The position numbers were made by a program, and so were the translations under genes. From Candidatus Poribacteria bacterium (GTDB lineage: Bacteria > Poribacteria > WGA-4E > WGA-3G), in assembly GCA_963665235.2 (NCBI GenBank), contig CAXXLX010000001.1, positions 4,288,001-4,352,000 on the forward strand: 64,000 nucleotides of DNA, written 5' to 3'. Positions 19,889 through 27,494 of the stretch are shown in pieces. The first letter of the stretch is position 1, and each line of letters begins with the position of its first letter. The notes under the pieces were generated by a model. That model was not told where the DNA came from. It ran no database searches and saw only the letters and a list, made by a program, of their open reading frames with translations.

Positions 19889-21001
19889 CTAGTTCGCTTC
19901 CCATGGCGGTATGTCCCCAACTGGGGGTGGGGCAGGGAATCGGCTGGAGACATCGACCGGTTTTCGGAGCTCAGACGATTCAATAATCCGTTCGCAAACC
20001 TCTAGGACATGCCGAGCTTGGGCACCGTTGCAACGGGGTGCGCGATTGTTTCTAATTGCGTCTGCGAAATCGGCTACGCCTTTTCCCCAATCAAGTCCCG
20101 TATATGCCTTCGCTGGAGAGGGTTCGTCTGTCCAGCTGGTTTTTGCTGTGAATTTTTTGATGCCGCGGCCATCATCGTGCGCCTGAATTGAGAATCCACC
20201 ATGGGTGCCATGTATCTCATAAGGCGGAATGTGTGAGGTTACGGTGAAGCTGTGATAGATAAATCCATGGGCTGCTTGCGCTTCCGGTTGGTCAAATTCA
20301 AGGACAGCAAACCCGTGGTCCTTTTCAGTCACCTCAAATTCGGTACCTTGACGCGGGCCTTGGTGTAATGTCCGCTTAGGGACAGCAACTCTGGCAAATC
20401 CGTGAACTGTCTTCACAGGTGCAATCATCGTTGTCATTGCGGTTAAGGGATAAGGGGCAACATCTCGAAATGGACCTGCATGTATCAAAAATGCGTCGGC
20501 ATTTGGGTGCCAATATTCTAAGGGGCCCCCGAAGTTGCCAAGTGTTGAAATGACGGTCCCAATTTCGCCATCACGTATCCGTCTCCAGACGTTCTGCTGG
20601 ACGTACCCAAGTATGGCGGAGGGGGCACACGCTAATTTCAATTCCATAGCTTCGGCGGTTTCGACGAGTTCGTTGGCTTCATCGGTGCGGATAGAAATCG
20701 GTTTCTCTGAATAGACATGCTTTCCGGCTTTCAAGGCTGCAAGCGAGATGGGATAATGTGAGATGTGGATGGTCAAATTGACAATTGCTTCTACGTTTGC
20801 ATCCTCTAGAACGGCTTCAAAGGATGGATAGACTTTTCCACCGTTTCTCTCAGCGAGTGCTGATGCCCGTGCTTTGTCCTGGTCATAAAAGCCGACCAAT
20901 TCGATATGGTTTGGATATGCTTGGCAGCGGGGCTGATAACCGCCAGCTGCAATCATGCCGCATCCGACAATAACGGTTCGGAGCGGGGTTGTATTAGCCA
21001 T
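19889..21001 (-). CDS. Gfo/Idh/MocA oxidoreductase
   Basis: IVGCGMIA, GKHVYSEKP. Confidence 0.85.
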   Translation of the reverse strand: MANTTPLRTVIVGCGMIAAGGYQPRCQAYPNHIELVGFYDQDKARASALAERNGGKVYPSFEAVLEDANVEAIVNLTIHISHYPISLAALKAGKHVYSEKPISIRTDEANELVETAEAMELKLACAPSAILGYVQQNVWRRIRDGEIGTVISTLGNFGGPLEYWHPNADAFLIHAGPFRDVAPYPLTAMTTMIAPVKTVHGFARVAVPKRTLHQGPRQGTEFEVTEKDHGFAVLEFDQPEAQAAHGFIYHSFTVTSHIPPYEIHGTHGGFSIQAHDDGRGIKKFTAKTSWTDEPSPAKAYTGLDWGKGVADFADAIRNNRAPRCNGAQARHVLEVCERIIESSELRKPVDVSSRFPAPPPVGDIPPWEAN

Positions 21002-21112
21002 TTTGCTTCTCCTTTTTTTTAGTCCTATACAGCATACCAGTTTTTCAACTAGAGGTCAAGAAGAAAATTAGCTCACTAGCGATTGGCAAGATGTTGTGAT
21101 TCTAATGAGGAA

Positions 21113-21253
21113 CAAGACTTACGCAGCGCGTTGATAAATCCTTCTGATAGTGGGATTTAGAGGGAGTCCTAGCGGGCGGGGGGACCCCGCCCAGAGGAGC
21201 GGGAAACTGTTTGCCCGAATACTGAGGGGCCTGCTAAATTTGCGTAAGTCCTG
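21113..21253. mobile_element. Putative MITE with TIR CA(A/G)GACTTACGCA
   Basis: CAAGACTTACGCA at 21113 and TGCGTAAGTCCTG at 21241-21253; non-coding interior with a GC hairpin. Confidence 0.55.
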
Positions 21254-21259
21254 ATTATG

Positions 21260-21445
21260 TTATACCATTTTTATTAATTATTCTATCATTACCGGTTGTT
21301 GGAAATGAAACGGAGAACGGAAGACACAAACTGGAAGTTTATGCTACGATAAAGAACACAAACTGGAAGTTTATGCTACGATAAAGAACACAAACTGGAA
21401 GTTTATGCTACAAGAAAGAGACATTTTCAATTAGAAATGGTATAA
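21260..21445 (+). mobile_element. MITE family A copy with 3 REP units
   Basis: TTATACCATTT...AAATGGTATAA; three CAAACTGGAAGTTTATGCTAC units. Confidence 0.75.
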
Positions 21446-21514
21446 CTAGTCATAATGGGATGGAGGCTGCCTGAGGAATATCGGCAGCCTCTTCTGATTT
21501 GTAACCGAACTTAA

Positions 21515-21656
21515 ACTCTGGGTCGAGAGAGTGTGTTATCATAATGATTAGGTCGCAGGTTCGAGCCCTGCCAGCAGTCTGAGCATGTGTCATGTGAAGC
21601 CTACTGTAGCTCAGTGGAAGAGCAAATCAAAATGCATTCCAATCCTTATCCAGAGT
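21515..21656 (+). ncRNA. YrlA-like Y RNA, copy 1
   Basis: Terminal stem ACTCTGGGT-C-GAG / CTT-ATCCAGAGT with bulged C; T-arm GCAGGTTCGAGCCCTGC, closed acceptor-like stem, then D-arm TAGCTCAGTGGAAGAGC; rsr downstream. Confidence 0.85.
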
Positions 21657-21665
21657 CGCATTTGT

Positions 21666-21740
21666 GCGGGCCGAAGTATTGTGTTATCCTCCGTTTACTC
21701 TCGGGGCCGGAATCCCGAGCGCAATACACACCTTGTCCGC
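21666..21740 (+). ncRNA. Short (YrlB-like) Y RNA, copy 1
   Basis: GCGGGC-C-GAAG ... CTT-GTCCGC terminal stem with GNCGAAG motif; inner GTATTGTG/CGCAATAC stem. Confidence 0.75.
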
Positions 21741-21762
21741 CATGAAGAAATATTTTTTTAAT

Positions 21763-21792
21763 TTGACAACAGACACCTAAATGTGATATAAT
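21763..21792 (+). promoter_or_regulatory. Sigma70-like promoter upstream of Y RNA pair 2
   Basis: TTGACA-18 nt-TATAAT, immediately followed by a MITE. Confidence 0.5.
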
Positions 21793-21947
21793 AACCCAAG
21801 TTGCTACTTATAAGTTTTTAGACCTGGAAACACCGTCTTTAATGAAAATATGCTGATAATTAGCTAATATTTGTCCGGTTCACTTCCAATTCGCACACAA
21901 ATATGCACAATCTGGAAGATTATGCTACTATGTGGCAACTTAGGTTA
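21792..21947. mobile_element. MITE family B (TIR ACCCAAGTTGC / GCAACTTAGGT)
   Basis: Near-identical copy at 49111-49268; isolated end at 28835-28847. Confidence 0.8.
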
Positions 21948-22030
21948 TAATATATAATTGCTGTATGAAAATGGATGTGCGCTGCCTAAGAAATATTGGC
22001 AGAGCCTCCTGATTCGAAGCCCAACTTAAA

Positions 22031-22157
22031 CTCTGGGTCGCGAGAGTGTGTTACCCCAGCGCAGGTTCGACTCCTGCCAGTAGACCAAGCTTCATGCGAA
22101 GCCTACTGTAGCTCAGTGGTAGAGCAAAACTTCAACGCATTCTGTTCTTATCCAGAG
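22031..22157 (+). ncRNA. YrlA-like Y RNA, copy 2
   Basis: CTCTGGGTCG...GCAGGTTCGACTCCTGC-CAGTAG...CTACTG-TAGCTCAGTGGTAGAGC...CTTATCCAGAG. Confidence 0.85.
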
Positions 22158-22167
22158 CCATATTTGT

Positions 22168-22225
22168 GCGGGCCGAAGTATTGTGTTATCTTTGAAAGAG
22201 CATTCGCAATACACATCTTGCCCGC
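22168..22225 (+). ncRNA. Short (YrlB-like) Y RNA, copy 2
   Basis: GCGGGCCGAAGTATTGTG...CGCAATAC...CTTGCCCGC. Confidence 0.75.
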
Positions 22226-22273
22226 CACCGATTTATAACTGAAGAATTTAAGGTGAAAATATAGGGAGGAACA

Positions 22274-22651
22274 ATGAAAACGTTTTCGATACAAACACTT
22301 ATCGCGCTATTCCTCATCAGCGGCATACATTTTGTTTTCGCAGATTGTCCTGATGAGCAACTAAAGGCTGAAGGTTCGTTTTTCATCAATGAAGCGGATG
22401 AGGCCTATATCTACGGGCAGGCTTCAGTAAGCAATCTCACCTATTGGCCCGCCAAGAACATTGAGCAAGCCCATTGGCCCGCCCTTCTCTTTAAGAGAGC
22501 TTAGATTAGTAGTGACCACTCCGTCAGTTGCTGGCACTACTATGAAAAAGAAAAAGAGACTTTCACCGTTTATTGGGCATACCGGCTGGTTGTCGATGAG
22601 GATGCACGGTATCAGGCGAATCCGCGATATGGTCCTATGATTCTGCTGTAG
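22274..22651 (+). pseudogene. Small secreted protein interrupted by an in-frame TAG at 22502-22504
   Basis: RBS ggagga and signal peptide; frame stays open for 48 more codons after the TAG, ending at the RBS of the next gene. Confidence 0.5.
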
Positions 22652-22662
22652 GAGAAAAAACA

Positions 22663-23637
22663 ATGCGCACCCTTTTTATTATCAGCATACTCTTCATCAG
22701 TATCGTGCCCGTTGCCTCCGCAAAAATCGTGTGGATGGCGTTCTGGGAAATCTGTGTCATGGACGATGATGGCAGCAACCGCCAAAGATTGACACATAAT
22801 GATCGCTATGACACGAAACCACGCTGGTCACCCAATGGAAAGTGGATCGTTTTTCAGGGCGAACAACCTAAGGAAACCAATGAACAAAATCATGATCTGT
22901 TCCTCATGAATATAGATGGAACACAGATACGGAAACTTACCACCTACACAGGGCTTGATGTAAATCCAGACTGGTCCCCCGATAGTCAACACATAGTCTT
23001 TACAAGTACGCGAGGTGATGTGACGAGTCTTCATATCCTGGATGTTGAGACACAAGATGTCCGCGACCTCACGCGCACCCTAAAGGGGCAGGCCGCGGAT
23101 AGCGCGGCTTGGTCTCATGATGGGAAACAGATTGCCTATGTAGGCAAGACTCTAAACCCCTTCACATCCGCCATCTACATCATAGGGGCAGATGGTAAAA
23201 ACCCACGTGCCCTCTTCCGCCCCGTGGTTGCACAGTACCATTCTCCCGACTGGTCGCCGGATGGGAAACATATTCTGTATGGCGAAAAAAAAGCCGTAGG
23301 CAAAATGCGGATTTCAGATAAAATCGTCATTCGCACCGTTAATGGGAATTTGGTAAAGGAATTAGAAATGCCGGCGCTTGCGAAATGGTCAATACAAGCC
23401 GCTTGTTGGATGGGGACGAAACATGTTCTCATTGATGCCATAGAAGACTTCAAAGCCGCTGATGGGGGGCAGAGTGATATCTATCGGTATACACTATCCA
23501 CCGATGAAATCGTCAATCTCACGAAATCAGATAGAACTAACGACGGTTTTCCGGATTGGATAGATGATGGGGCACTAGCTGTTTCTCCTGTGAGCAAACT
23601 CGCCATCCGATGGGCACAACTCAAGCAAATCCATTAA
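22663..23637 (+). CDS. Secreted TolB-like (PD40 repeat) beta-propeller
   Basis: Signal peptide; P.WSPDG repeats; tail LAVSPVSKLAIRWAQLKQ. Confidence 0.85.
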   Translation: MRTLFIISILFISIVPVASAKIVWMAFWEICVMDDDGSNRQRLTHNDRYDTKPRWSPNGKWIVFQGEQPKETNEQNHDLFLMNIDGTQIRKLTTYTGLDVNPDWSPDSQHIVFTSTRGDVTSLHILDVETQDVRDLTRTLKGQAADSAAWSHDGKQIAYVGKTLNPFTSAIYIIGADGKNPRALFRPVVAQYHSPDWSPDGKHILYGEKKAVGKMRISDKIVIRTVNGNLVKELEMPALAKWSIQAACWMGTKHVLIDAIEDFKAADGGQSDIYRYTLSTDEIVNLTKSDRTNDGFPDWIDDGALAVSPVSKLAIRWAQLKQIH

Positions 23638-23664
23638 GACAGTATCACAACTAAGAAGGTTGAT

Positions 23665-24103
23665 TAACAGTAGCAAAAAATCTGTGTTTTTCAGAACATA
23701 AGCTTATGTTACTAAACCTTTTAGGCAATTAAACGTCTAAATTAATGTTTTACATCTGAATGTTCCGCGTTGTGAGTTGTGTTACTTAAACACCATGTAC
23801 AGAGTGCTTAGCGGGCATCCGCCCAATGTTTGCCTGGGTGGGCACAACCTCTGACAACGAAAGTAGCGAAAACCAAGCTTTGATGGAAATAGCAGGCGGA
23901 AATTGTGATAAAAACCTGCTTGGTAGTGTGACTTCGAAGCACGTAAAAAACATCGAACCTTCACAGAAGAAGCAATAAGCGTTCGCTGCCTTGTGTAGCG
24001 AACTTTGGGAGATGACCCCTGGCTGTATTCGTACAGCTTGCAAAACGTGTGTGGAAGTGAAATACATAGTATTCCACGGAAATATACAGTTTAATATCAT
24101 CGG
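23665..24103 (+). mobile_element. Non-coding structured-RNA element, copy 1 (putative non-autonomous IS200/IS605-like)
   Basis: Follows TTGAT and ends ACAGTTTAATATCATCGG; second copy at 24492-25422 shows compensatory stem changes; no TIR and no transposase. Confidence 0.6.
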
Positions 24104-24208
24104 TAACTGATGCCAACACTCACCCAACTGCGCGATGATGCGTTTTCAGCGTCCCAAGAGGCACATAACCGCATGAAACGGGAGATGGCTATCTACAAAA
24201 ATGAACTT

Positions 24209-24340
24209 AATTCTGGGTCGCGGGGATGTGTTACCGGGTCGCAGGTTCGACTCCTGCCAGTAGACCGAGCGTCATGCGAAGCCTACTGTAGCTCAGTGGT
24301 AGAGCACAATATTCAACGCATTCTGTTCTTATCCAGAATT
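24209..24340 (+). ncRNA. YrlA-like Y RNA, copy 3
   Basis: AATTCTGGGTCG...T-arm, acceptor-like stem, D-arm...CTTATCCAGAATT; terminal stem covaries relative to copies 1 and 2. Confidence 0.85.
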
Positions 24341-24346
24341 TTATTT

Positions 24347-24434
24347 GGCGGGCCGAAGTCCTACGTTAACTGCCCGTATAGTAATACACAAAGTGTATCT
24401 ATACTTAAATATCGTAGTACACACCTTGCCCGCT
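24347..24434 (+). ncRNA. Short (YrlB-like) Y RNA, copy 3
   Basis: GGCGGGCCGAAGTCCTACG...CGTAGTAC...CTTGCCCGCT. Confidence 0.75.
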
Positions 24435-24558
24435 GCCTTAAAAAAACGTTAAAAATATAAACCAAACTTAAACTCTGGGTCGAGGATTGATTAACAGTAG
24501 CAAAAAACCTCTATTTTTCTAGGAACATAAGCTTATGTTCCTAAACCTTTTTGAGAAC

Positions 24559-25027
24559 TTGACATACTCTCCCAGCTAAAGCAAGGGAGATTCTTTTAAA
24601 AAGTTCCGCTACGCGTTAGCTATTGGATTGTGGTTTTCAGACGTGTGAACGTCAACGGAGATGCTTGGGCTGTTCCAAGTCTTACTGCCCCTAACTCAAA
24701 GGAATGCCCTTCGTGCTTCGCACCTTCTTTATGCGTTGTGAATCAGTGCTTTGGTATCCAATGCAGCATGACCCGTCTTTTGGATACCGAAAGCATTGCA
24801 CAAAAATGTGGATATTGACTGGGTATCGCCAGAACATCAGCACACAACCCTACCATAGGTTGAGGTTCGGAACTTCAACATTGGTGGCGTTGAAGGTGGT
24901 AATCCGAACCACTGATGATATATATATTATACCACATTTTAATGCAAAAGTCAAATTAAAATTTTAGCTCATGCGCCGCTACTACATCCCCCAGCTAAAG
25001 CACGGGGGTTTTGTAGCGGAAGACTTG
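24559..25027 (-). mobile_element. Non-autonomous IS200/IS605 (IS605-type) element
   Basis: Minus strand: TTTAT|CAAG...CCCCCGTGCTTTAGCTGGGGG left-end hairpin; right end GAATCTCCCTTGCTTTAGCTGGGAGAGTATGTCAA; no tnpA or tnpB ORF; absent from the sister copy. Confidence 0.8.
24926..24954 (-). promoter_or_regulatory. Near-consensus sigma70 promoter inside the IS605 derivative
   Basis: TTGACT-17 nt-TATAAT with extended -10 TG. Confidence 0.7.
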
Positions 25028-25527
25028 ATAAATTTATGTTTTTAATGTTTTACATCTGAATGTTCCGCGTTGTGAGTCGTGTTACTTAAACACCATGTAC
25101 AGAGTGCTTAGCGGGCATCCGCTCAATGTTTGCCTGGGTGGGCATGACCTCTGACAACGAAAGTAGCGAAAACCAAGCTTTGATGGAAATGAGAGGGCAA
25201 AGAAAACGTGAAAAAACCTCTCTGGTAGTGTGACTTCGAAGCACAATAAAAACCTCGAATATTCACAGTATAAGCGTTCGTTGCCTTGTGTAGCGAACTT
25301 TGGGAGATGACCCCTGGCTGTATTTATACAGCTTGCAAAACGTGTATGGAAGTGAAATACCTAGTGTTCCACAGGCTTCAGGCTACAAGCCTGCTCTTCA
25401 ATATACAGTTTAATATCATCGGCGCACATCATCGGAAGCAAGCAGGTTCGACCCCTGCCGGCGCACTTGTGTTTGACGCGCAAGTTTGCCGAGCAATGTC
25501 CGCTGTTTCTTATCCAGAGACACATTT

Positions 25528-25594
25528 GGCGGGCCGAAGTCCTACGTTAACCTATATTTATCCCATATAACCCGTAGGACACACCTTGCCCGCT
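25528..25594 (+). ncRNA. Short (YrlB-like) Y RNA, copy 4
   Basis: GGCGGGCCGAAGTCCTACG...CGTAGGAC...CTTGCCCGCT, 20 nt before the rsr start codon. Confidence 0.75.
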
Positions 25595-25614
25595 ACATTT
25601 CAAAAGGTGACATC

Positions 25615-27261
25615 ATGAGCTATTTAGGGAAATATTCTCCATTGCATCCACATCAGCGGCAGCCGTTGGACGAAAAACAGGTCCAAAATTCTGCCGGCGG
25701 ATACGCCTATCCTGTCTCTATCTGGACAAACTTAGACCGGTTTCTCATTTTAGGGACCGAAGGCGGCTCCTATTACGCCACAGAACAGGATTTGACGAAG
25801 GTCAATGTCGATGCTGTCAAGCAGTGCATTGCCGAGGATGGGGTTCAAGTTGTTGAGCGGATACGTGAGATTTCTGTCTCCGGGCGCGCCCCGAAAAATG
25901 ACCCCGCATTATACGCACTAGCCCTTGCCTTTACCCATGGCGATACGGCAACGAAACGAAAAGTGGAAGAGGTCTTCTGTGATGTCGCACGTATCGGCAC
26001 ACACCTATTCAACTTTGTGGTGTTTGTAGACGGTATGCGTGGCTGGGGCAGGTCGCTACGCCGATTAGTCGGCAACTGGTACCGCACGAAGGACGATAAC
26101 ACCTTGGCGTATCAGGTCCTGAAATATCAATCTCGGAACAGTTGGCGGCATGCGGATGTCCTTGCAAAGTGCCACTACGGTGAAAACCGGGGCATCTACC
26201 GTTGGATAAAAGGGCTTGACACGGATAAGCGTATTGTGCATCGCACCCTACAAAATGAAGAAAAGACAGCTACCGTTTACGAGGCCACCGACGCTTTGCC
26301 TGAATTGCTCGCCGGATATGAGGACCTGAAACGCACAGAGAAACGCGTGGATGTTATCCAGCTCATTGAGAAACATCAATTCACCCACGAAATGGTGCCG
26401 AACGAGTGGAAAAATGAAACGGAAGTATGGGCGGCGTTGCTACAGAACATGCCCGTTATGGCAACGGTGCGAAACCTCGGTAAGATGACGCAAATCGGGT
26501 TGTTGAAACCTTTTGGAGCAGAGGTTCAAACCGTGCTAGAAAGACTCTCCGCTGAGGCGATTCAACGTTCGCGCATCCATCCTATCCAAATCCTTATGGC
26601 GTTGATAACATACAAGGCAGGTAAGGGAGTGAGAGGCAGCTTAACCTGGGAGCCCGTGCCGCAGATTGTTGATGGGTTGGACGCTGCGTTTTATATGGCG
26701 TTCGATAACGTTGAACCGAGCCAAAAGAACACGCTCCTAGCACTTGATGTCTCTGGGTCAATGGCAGGCAGAACTGTGGCAGGATGTGAAGGCTTAACAC
26801 CGCGTAATGCGTCCGCTGCCATGGCACTCGTAACCGCACGCACGGAACCGCATTATCATATCTTCGGGTTTTCAGAAGGTTTTGTGACCCTGCCGATTAC
26901 AGCAAACGATACGTTGGATAGTGCTATTAAAGCTGTCTCTGGATTGCCCTTTGATGGCACCGATTGCGCTCTCCCCATGCTGTATGCATTGGAACATAAA
27001 CTACAGATAGACACCTTCGTCATCTATACAGATAATGAAACGTGGTATGGCGACATTCATCCGAAAACAGCATTGGACAACTATCGGCAAAAGATGGGGC
27101 GACCCGCAAAGTGTGCTGTTGTCGGGATGGTGGCGAACGACTTCTCTATCGCTGACCCAGAGGATGCGGGCATGCTCGATTTTGTCGGGTTTGATACCGC
27201 TACACCTGCATTGCTCAGTGATTTCGCTAAAGATGCAGACATCTCCGATGAAACGGCGTAA
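25615..27261 (+). CDS. rsr: Ro60-related RNA-binding protein (TROVE + vWA domain)
   Basis: QVQNSAGGY, LDRFLILGTEGGSYY, GRAPKNDP, RIGTHLF, KYQSR..W.H.D, RNLGKMT, MIDAS DVSGSM, GTDCALPM, YTDNETW, GMLDFVGFD. Start moved to ATG 25615 (RBS aaggtga). Confidence 0.95.
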   Translation: MSYLGKYSPLHPHQRQPLDEKQVQNSAGGYAYPVSIWTNLDRFLILGTEGGSYYATEQDLTKVNVDAVKQCIAEDGVQVVERIREISVSGRAPKNDPALYALALAFTHGDTATKRKVEEVFCDVARIGTHLFNFVVFVDGMRGWGRSLRRLVGNWYRTKDDNTLAYQVLKYQSRNSWRHADVLAKCHYGENRGIYRWIKGLDTDKRIVHRTLQNEEKTATVYEATDALPELLAGYEDLKRTEKRVDVIQLIEKHQFTHEMVPNEWKNETEVWAALLQNMPVMATVRNLGKMTQIGLLKPFGAEVQTVLERLSAEAIQRSRIHPIQILMALITYKAGKGVRGSLTWEPVPQIVDGLDAAFYMAFDNVEPSQKNTLLALDVSGSMAGRTVAGCEGLTPRNASAAMALVTARTEPHYHIFGFSEGFVTLPITANDTLDSAIKAVSGLPFDGTDCALPMLYALEHKLQIDTFVIYTDNETWYGDIHPKTALDNYRQKMGRPAKCAVVGMVANDFSIADPEDAGMLDFVGFDTATPALLSDFAKDADISDETA

Positions 27262-27264
27262 ACC

Positions 27265-27437
27265 TGTACTGCCATCGGATATTCGGGCCACCCTCTAAAC
27301 CAAGATTGTGATGTAATAACAATCTAAGTGAAAGGAGTATCCAATGGCGAAACGAAAACGAAGAACCTTTGGAATTTCAACGACAACACTTGTCTTAACT
27401 TTGCTAATTTTTGGTCTGAATAACCGTTAGCAGGACA
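27265..27437 (+). mobile_element. Internally deleted IS3-family remnant
   Basis: 26-bp imperfect TIRs with TG...CA ends (TGTACTGCCATCGGATATTCGGGCCA vs TGTCCTGCTAACGGTTATTCAGACCA); RBS plus start MAKRKRRTF typical of IS3 OrfA. Confidence 0.7.
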
Positions 27438-27494
27438 AATGTCTTTCACACCTTATCCTCCAAACAACCCGTTCCTGATGGGGCCCTCTTTTTA

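Larger units (their letters stand above)
24492..25422 (+). mobile_element. Non-coding structured-RNA element, copy 2 (contains nested IS605 derivative)
   Basis: TTGAT|TAACAGTAGCAAAAAA...ACAGTTTAATATCATCGG, collinear with 23665-24103 once 24559-25027 is removed. Confidence 0.6.
24472..25519 (+). pseudogene. YrlA-like Y RNA copy 4, split by a ~930 bp insertion
   Basis: 5' stem strand ACTCTGGGTCGAG at 24472; T-arm GCAGGTTCGACCCCTGC at about 25442 and 3' strand CTTATCCAGAG at 25509-25519; no D-arm. Confidence 0.7.

Noticed and set aside
21555-24306. Canonical or circularly permuted tRNA genes (GGTTCGA and AGCTCAGTGGTAGAGC motifs)
   Set aside because: The T-arm precedes the D-arm and there is no anticodon arm. 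The ACCA after the acceptor-like strand occurs only in copy 2. The flanking bulged-C stem and adjacent rsr fit YrlA instead.
21996-24460. ORFs 21996-22238 and 24110-24460 with similar sequence
   Set aside because: Their similarity comes from reading through Y-RNA copies; only the first ~30 codons of the 24110 ORF may be a real gene remnant.
24630-24967. tnpB or tnpA fragments in the nested IS605 element
   Set aside because: The short ORFs are on the opposite strand and show no RuvC, zinc-finger or HUH motifs.
25486-25614. N-terminal extension of Rsr in the ORF track
   Set aside because: Overlaps two Y RNAs; an RBS and TROVE homology support ATG 25615.
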